Source: Glaucostegus cemiculus (taxonomy: Eukaryota). From it: a stretch of DNA of 64,000 bases. Each line of letters starts with the position of its first letter. Within the stretch, counting starts at the first letter, position 1. The position numbers and the translations under genes are program-made. Of the stretch, positions 23,246-36,840 are shown piece by piece. The notes under the pieces were generated by a model. That model did no database searches, had not been told where the DNA came from, and saw only the letters and a list, made by a program, of their open reading frames with translations. The stretch is taken from the NCBI GenBank assembly GCA_976551045.1, contig CDPCPM010000979.1:992001-1056000 (forward strand). Direction: 5' to 3'.

Positions 23246-25915
23246 ATACACTCATCGAGAGGAGACACAAGCCAAGGATGGCGTGCAGGATGCAGAGGCT
23301 CATAGGTTGAAAGGGAAGGGCCAGGGGAAAGCTATCTCTGGTCTGTCTGCGTGATACATTTATCCACACCATTTTTCAGAGTGAGGTGTACTCCACGGTT
23401 TGCCTGACTACTTTCCTGCCTCCTTGCTTTGTCTGATGGCTATCTATTCATTCTGTGACCACTTTCCTTAAGCTGCACAGTGACCACCTTTAGAAGTTCA
23501 CTACCCACATAACCCTCAGGCTCACAGCTGCACTGCTGTGCCTCCAGGTGGCCTCAACTTCTGAAACCATGTTCTCAAGCCAGCCAGACTAGAGGGCCCT
23601 TCCACAGATGTCGTCACCCACATTTCAGGGAGTGGTTTGGAATTCCCATGTCCTCTAATCTATGCAACACATAGGACTAAACACTCCCTCCCATACTATT
23701 GCTTTAGAAAGGGCCCCTTGGAATATAATCCAATCTCTATTCCCATTCAGTATCTGAACTCTAAAAATGTGAGAAGTGAGAAGTTTCCCCAGAGCCTTCC
23801 AATCAAAGCCAAAGCCTGCATCTCGAGATCTCTGCACTCTGAGCTTCACTGTCAAAAAGTGAGCCACTCCAAGCTGAACTGCAGTATATCAGCCTGGAAG
23901 ATAATGATTATGTTAAAATTATATTGATTGTTAAATCAGTGTTTTATTCTCATTTTGAGATTAGTTTAACAAATTGCTGTTTCCTGAACCAAGGATGTAA
24001 TGACCTGTAAAATATTGTACAGAGCCAACTGGAGGTCAGGTACGGTGCTGCTTAAACATGTTGGGGTGAAATTCTTCACTGGTTCCTGTGCTGAACATGA
24101 TGAGAACATCAGCCCTGGAGAACATCAGTATCTGCAGAATCAGTTCCATGACTTCAGAGCGGAGTACAACTAACGGCCAACAGACTAGGAAACCTCAGAG
24201 ACCAGTGACCAATTTTACAGAAACATAATTAACTCAGCTTTGTTCTTTCCTCTGGAACAGCCAATGGTCCTTCAGGAGACGGTGGCTGCCATTGGCTGCC
24301 ATCAGATCACCTCTTTTTTGTGTGGTTGTGGTCAGTCCCTTCTCTTCACCTACAGTAGCAACAATTCCAAAGCTGAGTACAAATGCCTTCACAGAGTCAA
24401 TACTTTCAGTTACTACATCAAGGACACAGTGAGGCCCTTGAGTCAGTTCTTTGAACGTGTTGCTTGAGTACCCAGGGCAACTTCCATGACTCTGGCCACC
24501 ACGTACACCTGTCACTGCGGTCAGTCGGTTACTGCAGATTCCAATGCAGAGGTCCCAGTAGAGTCCACGCCCTGTTACTTACTTGGCAAAATGACAAAAA
24601 AAATTGCAGCACTAGTTGTATATTGTGCAATGCTTCCCTGTGAAAGGCTGGTCACCAGAAAAGTGTACATAAACACTGAGAACCCCAGCATGACAAATGT
24701 CAGTCAACTTATCAAATTATATTGCAAAGCAGTCTGTCATCTTCACTCTCTCAGTCGAGTGTGATGCAATGCCTTCTGCGATGTGACTAATTCCCTGTGA
24801 GACAGCATCATTTGATAAAGGAGTGCTGAATCACCCCAAACAGAACAATAAGCAACTGTCATTGGAGGCGTCATTAACCTTTCACCCACTGTAAATAGCA
24901 AAGTGAGGTCCAGGAGATACTTTGCTTTTCATAGACATTCATCTGTCATTGTTGCAGGACCACTTCCTCTCACTCCTTTGGAAACATTACATTGGCTTTC
25001 CTTTTAACTTTGGGTGTTTGGTCACAAGGTGACAAAGCACCTTTGATGGTTTTGTAGCATCATCACTTTTAAACACATCGCTCACTGAGTTTTGGGGTAT
25101 TCTTCTTCCTCTCTGGAATAAAGCTGCACCTTATATATCTGGCATCACACTTTCTGTTGAAGGCCAAATGTTTCCTTGTCTTTTCCAGCATTGTTTCATC
25201 TTCATTAAATTGCTCATTGTTTGTCTCATCTGTATGTTTCACCAAACTTCTACTAATTCCTAAAAATGATTCAAATGCACCTGCTTTAACATTCTGTATG
25301 GACAAACTGAAATCCTTACTTAACGTTTGTTTTGTACACTTGTTAATTTAAGTTGAAAACAGTGTGCAAACATAATTTTGAATGAAAGACAAGAAGTATA
25401 CCTGCAGTGGATTGATATGTAAACGTGTTCGGAGCTCTTTGCGATTTTTTGTGAAATTCCACTCTGTTCAGAATCTAATAAGTCTGTTATTTTTCACGTT
25501 ACTTAAAAATTTTAATACACTTATTCCTCATTTCTTTTAATCGAAGCTCACACAGCGAAGATGCAGCCATGAACCAACTCTTTTCGATTCCATGGACTGA
25601 TCACTGAGAAACTGCATCTGATCACAATCCAGCCACTGACATCAAAGTGAAAATTGGAAGGTCACCTGAATCGGAGGTCACCATGGTCAGAGGTTTTTGA
25701 ATTGCATTCAGTTGTTCCTAATCCCACAACTAACATCACTAAAGCAGATGCTATCATCTCTCATTTTCCTACTGTTGGTGCAATCTTACTGCATACAACC
25801 CAGCTGGGGCAATTCCTTACATTAAACAATGACCCTATTTCAGAAGTATGTCCACTGCTGTAAAGCACTTCAGCACGTCATGAACCAGCTGGTTTAGGTA
25901 CAAATCCAGGGCAAG

Positions 25916-26780
25916 ACATAGAACGGCGCAGCGCAGGAGCAGGCCCTTCAGCCCACCATGGCTGTGCCAAACACAATTCCAAATTAAACTAATTCCTTCT
26001 GGCTACACATGCTCCATACCCCTCCACTCCCTGCCTGTTCATGTGCCTGTCTAAAAGCCTCTTAACCATTGCCATAGTATCTTCTTCCTCATTGCCCCAG
26101 CAGCGTATTCCAGTCACCTACCACTCTGAGAAAAAAATTGCCTCGTAAATCTCCTTTAAACTTCCCCCTCTTGCCGTAAACCCATGCCCTCTAGTACTTG
26201 ACATTTCACCTTGGGAAAAAGATTCTATCTACCCTGCCTATACCTCTCATCATTTTATATTCTTCTATCAGGTCGCCCCTTCAATCCTCCAGAGAAAAAA
26301 AAGTTTGTCCAACCTCTCCTTATAGCTCATACCCTCTAATCCAGGCAGCATCCTGGTGAACCTCTTCTGCTCCCTCTCCAAAGCCTCCACATCCTATCTG
26401 GAATGCAGCGACCAACCAGTACTGTACCCTATGCTCCAAGTGTGACCGAACCAAAGGGTTAAACAGCTGCAATATGACCTCCCTACCTTTATACTCAATG
26501 CCTCAGCCAATGAAGGCAACATGCCATTTGACTTCTTGGCCATCCTATCCAATTGTATGCCACTTACACAAAGTTATGGACTTGGACCCCAAGAGCCCTC
26601 TGAACATAAACGCTGCTGAGGGTCCTGCATTCACTGTACACTTTCCCCGTACATTTGACCTACCAAAGTGCACCACCTTACACTTGTCCAGATTAAACTC
26701 CATCCAACATTTCTCCAACCCTATTTCCAACACATCTGTACCCCACTGTATCCTTTGACAACCTTCCTCACTATCCACTA
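25916..26780 (-). mobile_element. CR1 LINE 3' part
   Basis: ORF 26545..26778 has DSEEGCQRIQ...WMEFNLDKCKVVHFGRSN. The CR1 3' UTR gggctgaagggcctgctcctg lies near 25935-25955. Confidence 0.85.
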
Positions 26781-27449
26781 TCTAATCAGTCAATCTACAT
26801 TTTCATCTGAATCACTTTGTCATTTATCACAAAGCCCAACCATTTCACATTCATTCCAGTTCAAGTTCCTCTGTACCACGAAAGTATTTCCAATATATAG
26901 GACATAAAAATTGAAAGGCTGTGAACCAAATGCAGAGTAAACTTGACTGAAGTCATTCCAAATACATCATTGGATTCTCAAAGCATCTTTCTGTGCAACA
27001 TTTCTACCTTGCTGGGTTACAGGAACATCTTGGCACATGGCATCACCCCCTGTGAGTGTTAAGAAATGTAAGGTTCCTACATGAACGTGGAAGGTACAAA
27101 CTTTCTGACAAGTGTTTGCTGAATTCTGCCAGCTGCACAACAACAGAACACGAGTGAGCTACAGTTCCCCAGCAGATCCACCGCAGAATCTATGGGTTTC
27201 ACTGGGGCCAGAGCAGTGACTCCATTCAGTTCTATGGAGCAGAATGATCAAGAGGGACCCATGTAGGTTTAAGGCAATTTACAAATTTTTATTTGAGTAT
27301 AAATCTTTTAGTTTTAAATTAATGGCAGTATCTTCTTAATCTTTATAATAGATTGATTAATTTTTAATGTGAAGGATATTCAGAAGCACCCATAGATATT
27401 TTGTCAGTTTGACAGGAGCCTCAGCTGATGTAGTGGAGGATGGGCTGTC

Positions 27450-28095
27450 AAAATAAACCAAGCGCAGCTTTGGTGATTGTTCTGTGCTCAGACCAGAGGC
27501 AACCCTGAACTTTCTGTTGCCTGCCACCTCAATCCTCCAGCCCACTCATTCACTGACCTATCATCCTGTGACCTCCTCTACTGTCTCAATTTGAATCACC
27601 TTCTGTATTGGCATGTTGCAGTTTTTTGAACGTAATATTGAACTCTACAACTTCAGGTAGCTTGACTTCCATCTGCATCAGTCTTCCTTCTATAATGTTG
27701 CCTCAACTTGTTCGTTCTTTTTCCCTGCTTTTTCTTCCCTCTGGGGGTGAAGGACGTTCCCAGCCTGACCTGCTGGGTACATCTTCCTGCTCTGCATTTC
27801 ACATCTCCCACTTTCTTTTGTCTAGGTTCTCCCTCTCTAACTGCTGCCATTCACTCACTGGCCTTGTTTACAGTTTATCCCCATGGTCACCCTGGTTTTA
27901 CCCTGTCAGAGACATCCCTCTCACCCTCCATACAGTCTAACAAGCTGCTTTTATCTCCTTCCCAGTCTGGCAAAGAGTCTTCTACCTAAGGTGTTAGCCC
28001 TGGTTCTCTTCCTACAGATGCTGCCTGACCTATTGAATATTTCCAGCATTTTCTGGTTTTATTTCAGAATTCCAGCATCTGCAGTTTTTTTGATT
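27450..28095 (+). mobile_element. Penelope-like element relic (GIY-YIG C-terminus, 3' region and terminal repeat)
   Basis: Degenerate KRSFGDC...GNPELSVACHLN...NIELYNFR*, then a pyrimidine-rich region and gatgctgcctgacctattgaatatttccagc...attccagcatctgcag. Confidence 0.6.
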
Positions 28096-29879
28096 GTCCA
28101 ATTGTTTTGTGGTCTGTGTAAGTGGGGCTTAGCAGGTAGGTGAGTAGTGAGCATGAATGGCTGTAAAATGTTGGAGAACTCTGGCTCATTGTCTTGCACA
28201 AGAGACCAGTGATTCTATTGGCACAGTCTGTTCTTGTCTCAATCTTTTAATTTGTTCATAGGGTGAGGGTGTTGTGTCAGATGGCAAGGGTAGCATTTCC
28301 TGCTCATCACAATTTTCCTTTGAGAACATTGTGATGATAACTGAGTATTGTACACAGGACACCAAAGGGTCAACCCACCTCACTGTGAATCCAGAGGCCA
28401 GACACTATAACGTCTGCAAGTTTCTTTTCTCAACACAGATGTGCTTTTAACAATAGCATAATGGTTTTGTTGGCACCATCACCTACACTAAATTTATTCA
28501 GTAAACTGAATCCAAGTTCCCTATGTGATGTGATATTGCAACTTTTGCCTCATTAGTTCAGCTCCCTGGATTACTAATCCAGTCACATCACCCTAACACT
28601 GCCACACCTCTTAGTGTGCACAGGCTCATTTGGGAGTGGGCGATAAATGCTGCCGTGTAAGAATGAACAAGTAAAAGAAGTCCTTTTTATACATTAGATC
28701 TAAATAGATCTCCTGGACTAAAGCACTGTATATCCCGATGTACTGTACCTTCACACCAGCAGTGAATGGAGCAGGGCTGGGCTTGCTGCTTCTGCCAATA
28801 TTCAGAAAACTGCACAAGGGTCCAATGCTGAGATAATTTCCTGACTCCTTTGTGTAAATTTTACCAGACCACAGTTAACGCTGGACTTTGTTATGATTTA
28901 AGAAAAAAAACAGCTGCACAAGAGCTGTTTTCTCTCAGTCGACCAGATGGTACTTTCTGGCCTAGGCCAAACAGTGACGATCAAGGCAGGTTAACAAAGG
29001 AGGGCTTTATGTGTCTGAATGAAAGGAGCTTGGGAGGAGGTGAGGAGCAACACTTCCAGGTGCAGGCCACACAGTTTTACACAACAGCACCGAGACAAAT
29101 ACCATCCTGTGTAATTCAGCTGTTACTTGCACTGAGAAAACAGAACTCCAGGAAGTAAAAGCATTGTTTACAATACAACCTCGGGGTGCTTGAAGCTCTA
29201 ATCATGTGTGAAATTGTATTGTATTTAATTCCACTGGGTTGCAACAGGTAAGAATATTTTCTTCTTTTGTGAAGCATTGGTGGGAATAAAATGCAAATGA
29301 GGTCATTCACTCTATCCATGGCTAGGTTGAGGCTCTGCTGTTCCCTGGTTGTTAACCTTCATTAAAGCAGCAGCCCACAATTTATCCTGTCAAGAATTCA
29401 AGAACAGTATATTTTCCCTCATTCCTTCTCTTCCGCTACCTATAATTATGTTATTGTGTTCTGTTTCTAAATTACAAAGAAAATACAGTTGAAAGATTGT
29501 GGGAACTTCATAATGTAATGATAAATTCCAAGCTTGACAAAATGATGTTGAGGCCTTCAAGGCAAAGTCAGGAGCAGCCTGTCAGTACTAGAGACTGGAA
29601 AGGCCTAACGTTTACAGGGGAGTAAGAGAATTACAGTGAGGGCATGAAGGAAATAGTAAACATTCTTGAATTCTTCACAGGATAAGTTATGGATTGCTGT
29701 CCCAATTAAAGACAAGATTTGTGAAATATCAGAGACTCAATCCATCCACCTCTGAGTAAACTGGATGATTGAATTTTCTTGCTCTTCACAAAAGAACAGA
29801 TCACACTAACCCGGTACCACCCAGAGGGAGTACTGGGAAGTGTTTAACAGCTGCAACTCATCAGGTAAAGGCAGAGGTG

Positions 29880-31650
29880 GCAGCATTTGCTTCATGATTA
29901 ACCCATCGTGGTGCACAGACATGGCCATTCCGTCAGTCTGACCGGGAACATCTGGCGGTCAAGAGTCGTCTGTTCAATCTGCCGAGGGAGTTCTCCACCG
30001 TCATCCTGATAACGGTGAACATTCCACCGCTGGCAAACTTCAAGCTGGCACTGGGGGAGCTGAGCACCATGACCAGCAGTCACGAGACGGTGCACCCTGA
30101 TGCCTTGCCGATCATCGCAGGGGGGACTTCAACCAGGCCCGTGTGAAGAAGTCTCTGACAAACTACCAGCAGCACGTCACCTGCGGACACAGAGGAGCCA
30201 ACACACTTGATCACTGTTACACCTCCATCAACAACACTCACCGTGCCATCCCGCCCCCACACTTTGACAAGTCTGATCACCTGCTGTACTACTCCCGACA
30301 TACAGGCAGAGACTGAGGATGGCAGTGTAGCGACTCACACTACCGGGGTCTGAAACACCATCAGCCGCCGCGGGGAAATGTGCGGGTTCTCGCGATAGCG
30401 CGCAGAAGGCGGGACTTCCCGGCGGGGAGTATGACGTCACTTCCGCCAGCCATGTTTTTTGTAGTCCGGTATATGTGCGGCTTTTTGGAGAGTTATTAAA
30501 AGCGTGCTCGATCGAGTCTCCGTGTCCTCGTGTTTTTTCTAAGTCGCACCCCGCTGGCTGCTACAGCAGCACCAGGGGTGAGGACCGTGAAGGTCTGGCC
30601 AAGGGAGGCGGAGGAGTGTTTACAGGACGGCTTTGAATTGGTGGACTGGACCATATTCAGGGGTTCATCTTCAGATCCAAGTGAACACGCTACAGCTGTC
30701 ACTGACTTCATCGAGACCCGCGTGGATCAGTGTGTTCCTTCGAGAACATACTGAGTTTCCCAAACCAGAAGCCCTGGATGAGCCAGATTTGCAGTCTGCG
30801 GAGGGCTAGATCTGTGGCGTTCAAGACCAGTGATCTAGAACCCTTTAAGAAGTCCAGGTATTACCTATGGAAGGCCACCTTGAGAGCAAAAAGTCAATTC
30901 CGTGTGAAGTTGGAGATGCAGTTCAATGCACAACAGCTGTGGCAGGGTTTGCATGCCATTACTTTCTAGGAGGTGAAATCTGATAGTGTAAGTGGCTGTG
31001 ATGCCTCACTCCCTGATGAGCTCAACACTTTCATGCATGTTTTGAGAGGGAGAACAACACACCTGTGCAAATCCCCACAGCATCTAGCAACACAGTGATC
31101 TCTGTCTCAGGGGCCTACGTCAGAACATCCTTGAAGAGGGTGAAGCCCCGTAAGGCGTCAGGCCCCAACGGTGTACCTGGTAGGGTATGAAAATCTGTGC
31201 TAACTAACTGGCTGGAGTGTTCAAAAACATCTTCAGCCTCTCATTGATGCAGTTGGAGGTTCCCTCCTGCTTCAAAAGGATATTAATCACTCTGGTGCCC
31301 AAGAAGAGAAGGGTGAGCTGCTTCAATGACTCTTGCCCAGTAGCACTCACATCTACTGGGATGAAGTGCTTTAAGAGGTTGACTATGGCTGGAATTAACT
31401 CCTGCCTGAGCAAGGACCTGAACCCACTGCAATTTGCCTACTGCTGCAACAGGTCTATAGCAGATGCAGTCTCACTGCCTCTCCACTCTGCTCTGGAGCA
31501 CCTAGACAACAGCAAAACATACATCAGGCCACTGTTTATCGATTACAGCTCAGTGTTCAACACCATCATCTCCTCAGCACTAATTAATAAGCTTCAGAAC
31601 CTGCCTCTGTACCTCAGTCTGCAAATGAATCCTTGACTTCCTTATCAGGA
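29880..31650 (+). mobile_element. Rex1/Babar LINE (EN through first half of RT), 3' end missing
   Basis: LPREFSTVIL, GDFNQA, TLDHCY, SDH (EN); VRTVKVWPREAEECLQD; ORF 31217..31636 with PLQFAY and LFIDYSSVFNTI. It stops at the ILDFL motif and is interrupted by a solo LTR. Confidence 0.9.
30326..30565 (+). mobile_element. Solo LTR (240 bp), likely Gypsy-type
   Basis: Termini TGTAGC...GCTACA (TG..CA, 6-bp inverted repeat). GCAG TSD at 30322-30325 and 30566-30569. Removing it restores the Rex1 frame RQRLRMAAPGVRTVKVW. ATTAAA at 30495-30500 suggests + orientation. CpG-rich. Confidence 0.88.
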
Positions 31651-31654
31651 GATT

Positions 31655-32845
31655 TTGGTATTGGTACTGGTTTATTGTTGACACTTGTGCTGAGGTACAG
31701 TGAAAAGCTCGTCTTACAAACGGATCGTACAGGTCAATTCATTACACTGTGCAGTTACATAGTTAGTACAAAGTTCATTGTAGTACAGTAAAAACAGTAT
31801 AGAATAAAGTGTCACAGCTACAGAGAAAGTGCAGTGCAATAAGGTGCAAGGTCACACAAAGTAGAATGTGAAGTCACAGACCATCTCATTGTATAAGGGA
31901 ACCTTTCAATAGTCTTATCACAGTGGGGAAGAAGCTGTCCTTAAGTCTGGTGGTGCATGCCCTCGGGCACCTGTATCTTCTACCCGATGGAAGAGGAGAG
32001 AAGAGAGAATATCCCGGATGAGTGGGGTCTTTTATTATGCTGGCCGCTACACCAAGACAATGAAAGGTAACGACAGAGTCCAAGGAGGGGAGGCTGGTGT
32101 CCATGATGCGCTGGGCTGTGTCCACAACTCTCTACAGCTTCTTGCAGTCCTGGACAGAGCAGTTGCCGTACCAAGCCGTGATACAACAAGATAGGATGCT
32201 TTCTATGGTGCATTGGTAAAAGCTGGTGAGAGTCGAAGGAGACATACCAAATTTCTTCAGCCTCCTGAGGAAGTAGAGGCGCTACTGAGCTTTCTTGGCT
32301 GTGACACCTACGTGGTTAGACCAGGACAGGCTGTTGGTGATGTTCACACCCAGGAACTTGAAGCTCTCCACGCTCTTGACCTCAGCACCATTGATGTAGA
32401 GTAGACAGGTGCATGTAACCACCCCCTTTCCTGAAGGGAATGACCAACTCTTTTGTTGTGTTGACATTGAGGGAAAGGTTGTTGTCATGACACCATTCCA
32501 CCAAGTTCTCTACCTCCTTCCTGTACTCTGACTCATCGCTGTTGGAGATACGGCCCACAACGGTGGTATCATCTGCAAACTTGTAGATGGAGTTGGAGCA
32601 GAATCTGGCCACAGAGTCATGTGTCTATAGGGAGTAGACTAGAGGGCTGAGCATGCAGCCTTGTGGGGCACCAGTGTTGAGAATAATTGTGCCAGAGGTA
32701 TTGCTGCCTATCCTCACTGATTGCGGTCTGTTTGTTAAAGTCAAGAATCCAGTTGCAGAGGGAAGAACTGAGTCCTAGGTCTCGGAGTTTGGTGACGAGC
32801 TTGCTCAGAATTATCGTATTGAAGGCAGAGCTGTAGCCAATAAAC
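31655..32845 (-). mobile_element. Rex1/Babar LINE, 5'-truncated
   Basis: ORFs 32617..32865, 32382..32612 and 31886..32125 carry [19 protein letters not shown] and LPSGRRYR. The 3' end is AATAAA + ccagtaccaatacca. Confidence 0.93.
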
Positions 32846-33319
32846 AATAAACAACTCTGCAACATTGCATAACTCTAGCCAGGCCTCATCTCATCTGGTC
32901 TTGAAACCCACCGCAAAGGAGTCACTGTCAGTGCAGATTTCTGAGGCACAGAGGGCTGCAAGTGCAGAGATGCCAAGGACAGTTCTAGCAGGACATCTTC
33001 CTGGGCAGAAGATACTATTATAATGATCGGAGCAAGAGGCCATGGAGAGTCATTGACCATAGAAGGCATACGTAATAAATGGCATTTATTCATCCACTAA
33101 TGGCCCAATGGAAAACTGAACCGATTTTAAATGACACAGTCTCAGTTTTAAAATGACCATTGATGTGGCTGTAGACTATTCAGTCAATCTGATCTGTACC
33201 AGCAGAAATTCAGCAAGATACCACTATTCAACAGAAACCATGTTACAAGCACACATTAGGGTGGTTTTGACATTAGGTTTTGACGTCTTATCTCATGGAG
33301 TCATACAACATTCTCAGTG

Positions 33320-33650
33320 ATTTTCAGACTTGTACACCAAGCCCCTCTGTTCCTCAATACTCCTTAGGACCCTATCTTTTATTTTATATGTTCTACCCTT
33401 ATCTAATCTCCCAAAAGGCATTACTTAACATTTACCAGAATTAAATTCCATCTACTAATTGCTCGGATCAACTAATCAATCTCTTTGTGTCCTAATATTG
33501 CCCTCCTCACTATCCATGACACCACTACTGCCCTCCTCACTATCCATGACACCACTACTAACTTTTATGGCAGGTGCAAACTTACTAATCACACTTCCAA
33601 CATTAACATTGAATTGTTAATGTACATAACAACAGTAAGTGTCCCAGTAC
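33320..33650 (-). mobile_element. Degenerate CR1 fragment with a 30-bp tandem duplication
   Basis: Minus strand ISKFAP...MEFNSGKC. gccctcctcactatccatgacaccactact is duplicated at 33500-33559. Confidence 0.6.
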
Positions 33651-34300
33651 TGCATTGGTGTTGTGGCTGGGTATTGACCAGGATATTGAGGATCACCTCA
33701 ATGCATGGACAGTGCATCAGGACTGCAGTCTACAGCCACCTAAAGCTCTGATACAGACATGGCAATGCCTGGCTCAAAATTTCCAGGAGACACATATAAA
33801 TATTTTCCAGTTAGGAGCAGATTACTCTCTCACACTGATGGACAACCAGTTGAAATGGTTGGACTCTTGCAAGCAGGATCCTTTACAACCACAAGGCGAA
33901 CTATTGAGAAACTATGACTAGTTCTTGCAATGTACAACCCGGTAGAACTTACCCCTGATAATGGTCAGCACTTGTACTCTGCACACCCAATGCATTTGGT
34001 ACAATTTGACTTATCACTGAACATCTCAAGGCAAGGCCTAAAACTCAGATCAAACACTGAAGGAAATATTAATAAGTCGTTTTCCATAGATTCAATCCAA
34101 TCATTTAGGCCATCATATTCTATCATATCTTCTCCCTTCCCAGATAACTCCTTACACTGACATGGGATAAGATATTGATGGGCGGTCACTTTAGAACAAA
34201 AGTGGATTTTTTGGTGGCCAGTTTTGAGGGGATGGCAGAAGAGAAGAACCAGAGAGGATGGCCTTCAGAGCCCAGGAAGGCAATTACAGGCAAGAGATTG
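33650..34300 (+). mobile_element. Gypsy/Ty3 LTR-retrotransposon integrase relic
   Basis: ORF 33655..33921 VLWLGIDQDIED...PPKALIQTW...HINIF...LMDNQLKWLD resembles VWWPGID.DIE...PP...W...HIDF...VD.YSKW.E. ORF 33930..34160 PVELTPDNGQHL resembles P..L.SDNGPQF. Confidence 0.7.
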
Positions 34301-34354
34301 GGTGATGACAGTAAGACCTCTGCAAAAGTCAAGTGGAAGATTAGAACCGTACAC

Positions 34355-35010
34355 AGAAACAGAAAATGCTGGAAGAACTCAGCCAGGTAAGTAGCATCTT
34401 CTGTGGAACGGGAAAACAGTTAATATTTTGGGTCAGGGATCCTTCCTCAGAAGTAGGGATAGAATGGAGGGTTTACAGATTTCAAAGCAGAGCTGGGGGA
34501 GGAGTGAGGCATAAGACAGGAGAAGAGGATAGGTTACGATGATAAGGGGGATGAGTACTAACCATGAGCAAGGCTTCTTTAAGAAAGGGGGTGAGAAGGG
34601 GACATCAGCACAATAATGGGGAACAAGGAAAGGGTATTTGAAGTTGGGTCATTTATCTGAAGTTGGAAAATTCAAGGTTCATCCAGGTTGCAAAGTGCCA
34701 AGATGGAAGAGAAGATGCTGTTCTTCTAATTTATACTGGACCTCAGTAAGGCAGTGGAGGAAGCCACAGGCAGACAGGTTGGAATGGGAATGGGATTGAA
34801 CATCGAAGAGGCATGCAATAGGAAGCTCAGGATCACTTCTGTGGTCTGAGTGCAGGTAATCCGGAGAATGGTCACTGGGTCTCAGCATTGGGTCCCTCCA
34901 GTGAAGTGGAAGCCACAATGTGAACACCGAATGCCATAGACTAGACTGGAAGAAGTGCAAGTGAATGGTTGCTTCACCTCGAACGATTGTTTGAGTCCCT
35001 GGATGATGGG
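34355..35010 (-). mobile_element. Penelope-like element (Neptune-like): GIY-YIG endonuclease C-terminus plus terminal repeat
   Basis: FTCTSSSLVYGIRCSHCG (ORF 34882..35067) and PELPIAC...SHSHSNLS...KLEEQHLLFHLGTLQPG (ORF 34679..34960). Downstream on the same strand is CTGAGGAAGGATCCCTGACCCAAAATATTAACTG and the shared repeat. Confidence 0.85.
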
Positions 35011-36499
35011 AAGATTTAATGGGCTGAAGGGCTTGTTCCCATCTGTATGAATCGACAGCTTTACCACCCTTTACTCTTTAAAGACTAACTTAGCCAGACT
35101 TGGTCACATACTCTAATATTCCCTTATGTGGTTCCATGCCAATCTTTTTTCTAATAATACTGTAAAGCATCTTTATATATAACTATATAAACTATAGAAA
35201 ACTATATAAACATGGTGTTGTTCTTGTTTCTTGAAGACATGGTGAAATACAGGGAGACATGAGAGGCACAAGATTAAAGAAATAACTTGCAGTGTGTCAG
35301 ACTGAGATAGTTGAAGGTTGTGCCAGTGATAGAAGGGAAGTACATGGTCTGTTTGTGTACATTGCGTGTTTTGAATGAAAACTTTGCCAACTGCTAAGAT
35401 CACGTCAGATACAAATTGCTTGCAGATCATCAATGTAAATAATGCACCGTAGTGGGGAAAAGGTCTGTTAGTACATTGGGTGCAAGGCTGATTCGACTGA
35501 CAATTGATGAAGCCACCTTCCTTCACACCATCCAAGTGCACAATAGCAGAACACAGCAGGCACACCACAGACAAAATATTAGTTGGTCCACTGCACATTA
35601 CCTTCTGAGGCATGGAAATGTCTCCAGTTCCTTGCCTTTATGTAACACCTTTCTAAAAACAGCAAAAAGCTCTTACAGTTAATTACTTTTTTTCTCTCAG
35701 TGTGAGCACTGTTGTAATGCAGGAACCACAGAAACTATTTCTCACAAGTGGATGTCATCAACTGTTATTTCTGTGCTGCTTAGGGATTCAAGAACTTGTT
35801 CTGTAACCTTTGGAAGGCAGATGTTGGAACATATAAAGATGACTCAGCTCTGTTTAGCACAGTATGAGTGAACATTTATGTAGGAGTTATTACTTCATTA
35901 AAGGCCATTTAGCTGGCACCATGTTGCAGGATACAATGGGACATGACTAAGATCATATCCTTGGTCTCTAATGGAGAAAATTTATATCCGCAGAAATAGT
36001 TGTTCTCGATCCATTGTAAAGAAAATGTCAAAATTAGTTTTTAAAAGGAAGGGTGAAGTGTTTTATGGAGTGATCACAGGAATCTGTGCAGCTGCAGGAC
36101 TCATTTCTGACACTGACCCAAGCACAGTTCAGGTCTCTACCCAGTGATCTGGAGAGTAGTGTCTGCACACAGAGCTTCAGGAGTACCGGGATTCATGCCA
36201 CAGGCACCCCAGGCAGATGTCTATAAATCTTTACTGGAAGGTGGATGGCTAGCTTTTTCCAAGGGGCTGGATGAGATCAGTGGTCTCCCAGAGGAAAGTT
36301 GCCGTTAATTGTTGGGAAACACCTGGTAACTGTCCACTTCACAGTTAGCCTTAACTCAGCATGAGCAAACATCTAAGAGGTGGTGCTCCAACTATCTGCT
36401 GGCACTGATCAACCCAGTCTACTGGCAACACAGTGCAATACACCCTGAGGCAGTTGGCCAGTGACTTAAACTCAGTAAACTACCTCTCAGTCCATAAGC

Positions 36500-36840
36500 A
36501 GAAACAAAGGACCATTAAAAGTAGGAGCAGGAGATCAACCCCCTTGAGCTTGTTCATATATTCAAAAACATCATGTCTGATCCGATTTTGGACCCTGCTC
36601 CACATATCCATTTCCCATAACCATTGACTCCAAAGACCAAAAATCTGTTGCTGAATATACTCAGTGATAACTTCCACAGCTCTCTGCTGTAGAGGGTTCC
36701 AAAGATTCACAACTCTCTAAGAGATGGAATTCTTCCTCATTTCCATCTTGAATGAATAACGATTCCCTCTGAAACTGTGCTGTCTGGCTCTGGATTTCCC
36801 TATGAAAATAACCATCCTCTCAGCACCTACCTTGTTGAGC
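36500..36840 (-). mobile_element. Old CR1 3' end
   Basis: MRKNSIS.RVVNLWNPLQQRAVE (ORF 36480..36710) plus a CR1-type 3' UTR. Confidence 0.7.

Noticed and set aside
24234-25305. Short ORFs in unique sequence as exons of a known gene
   Set aside because: I could not match the peptides to any protein family, and the splice signals do not form a consistent chain.
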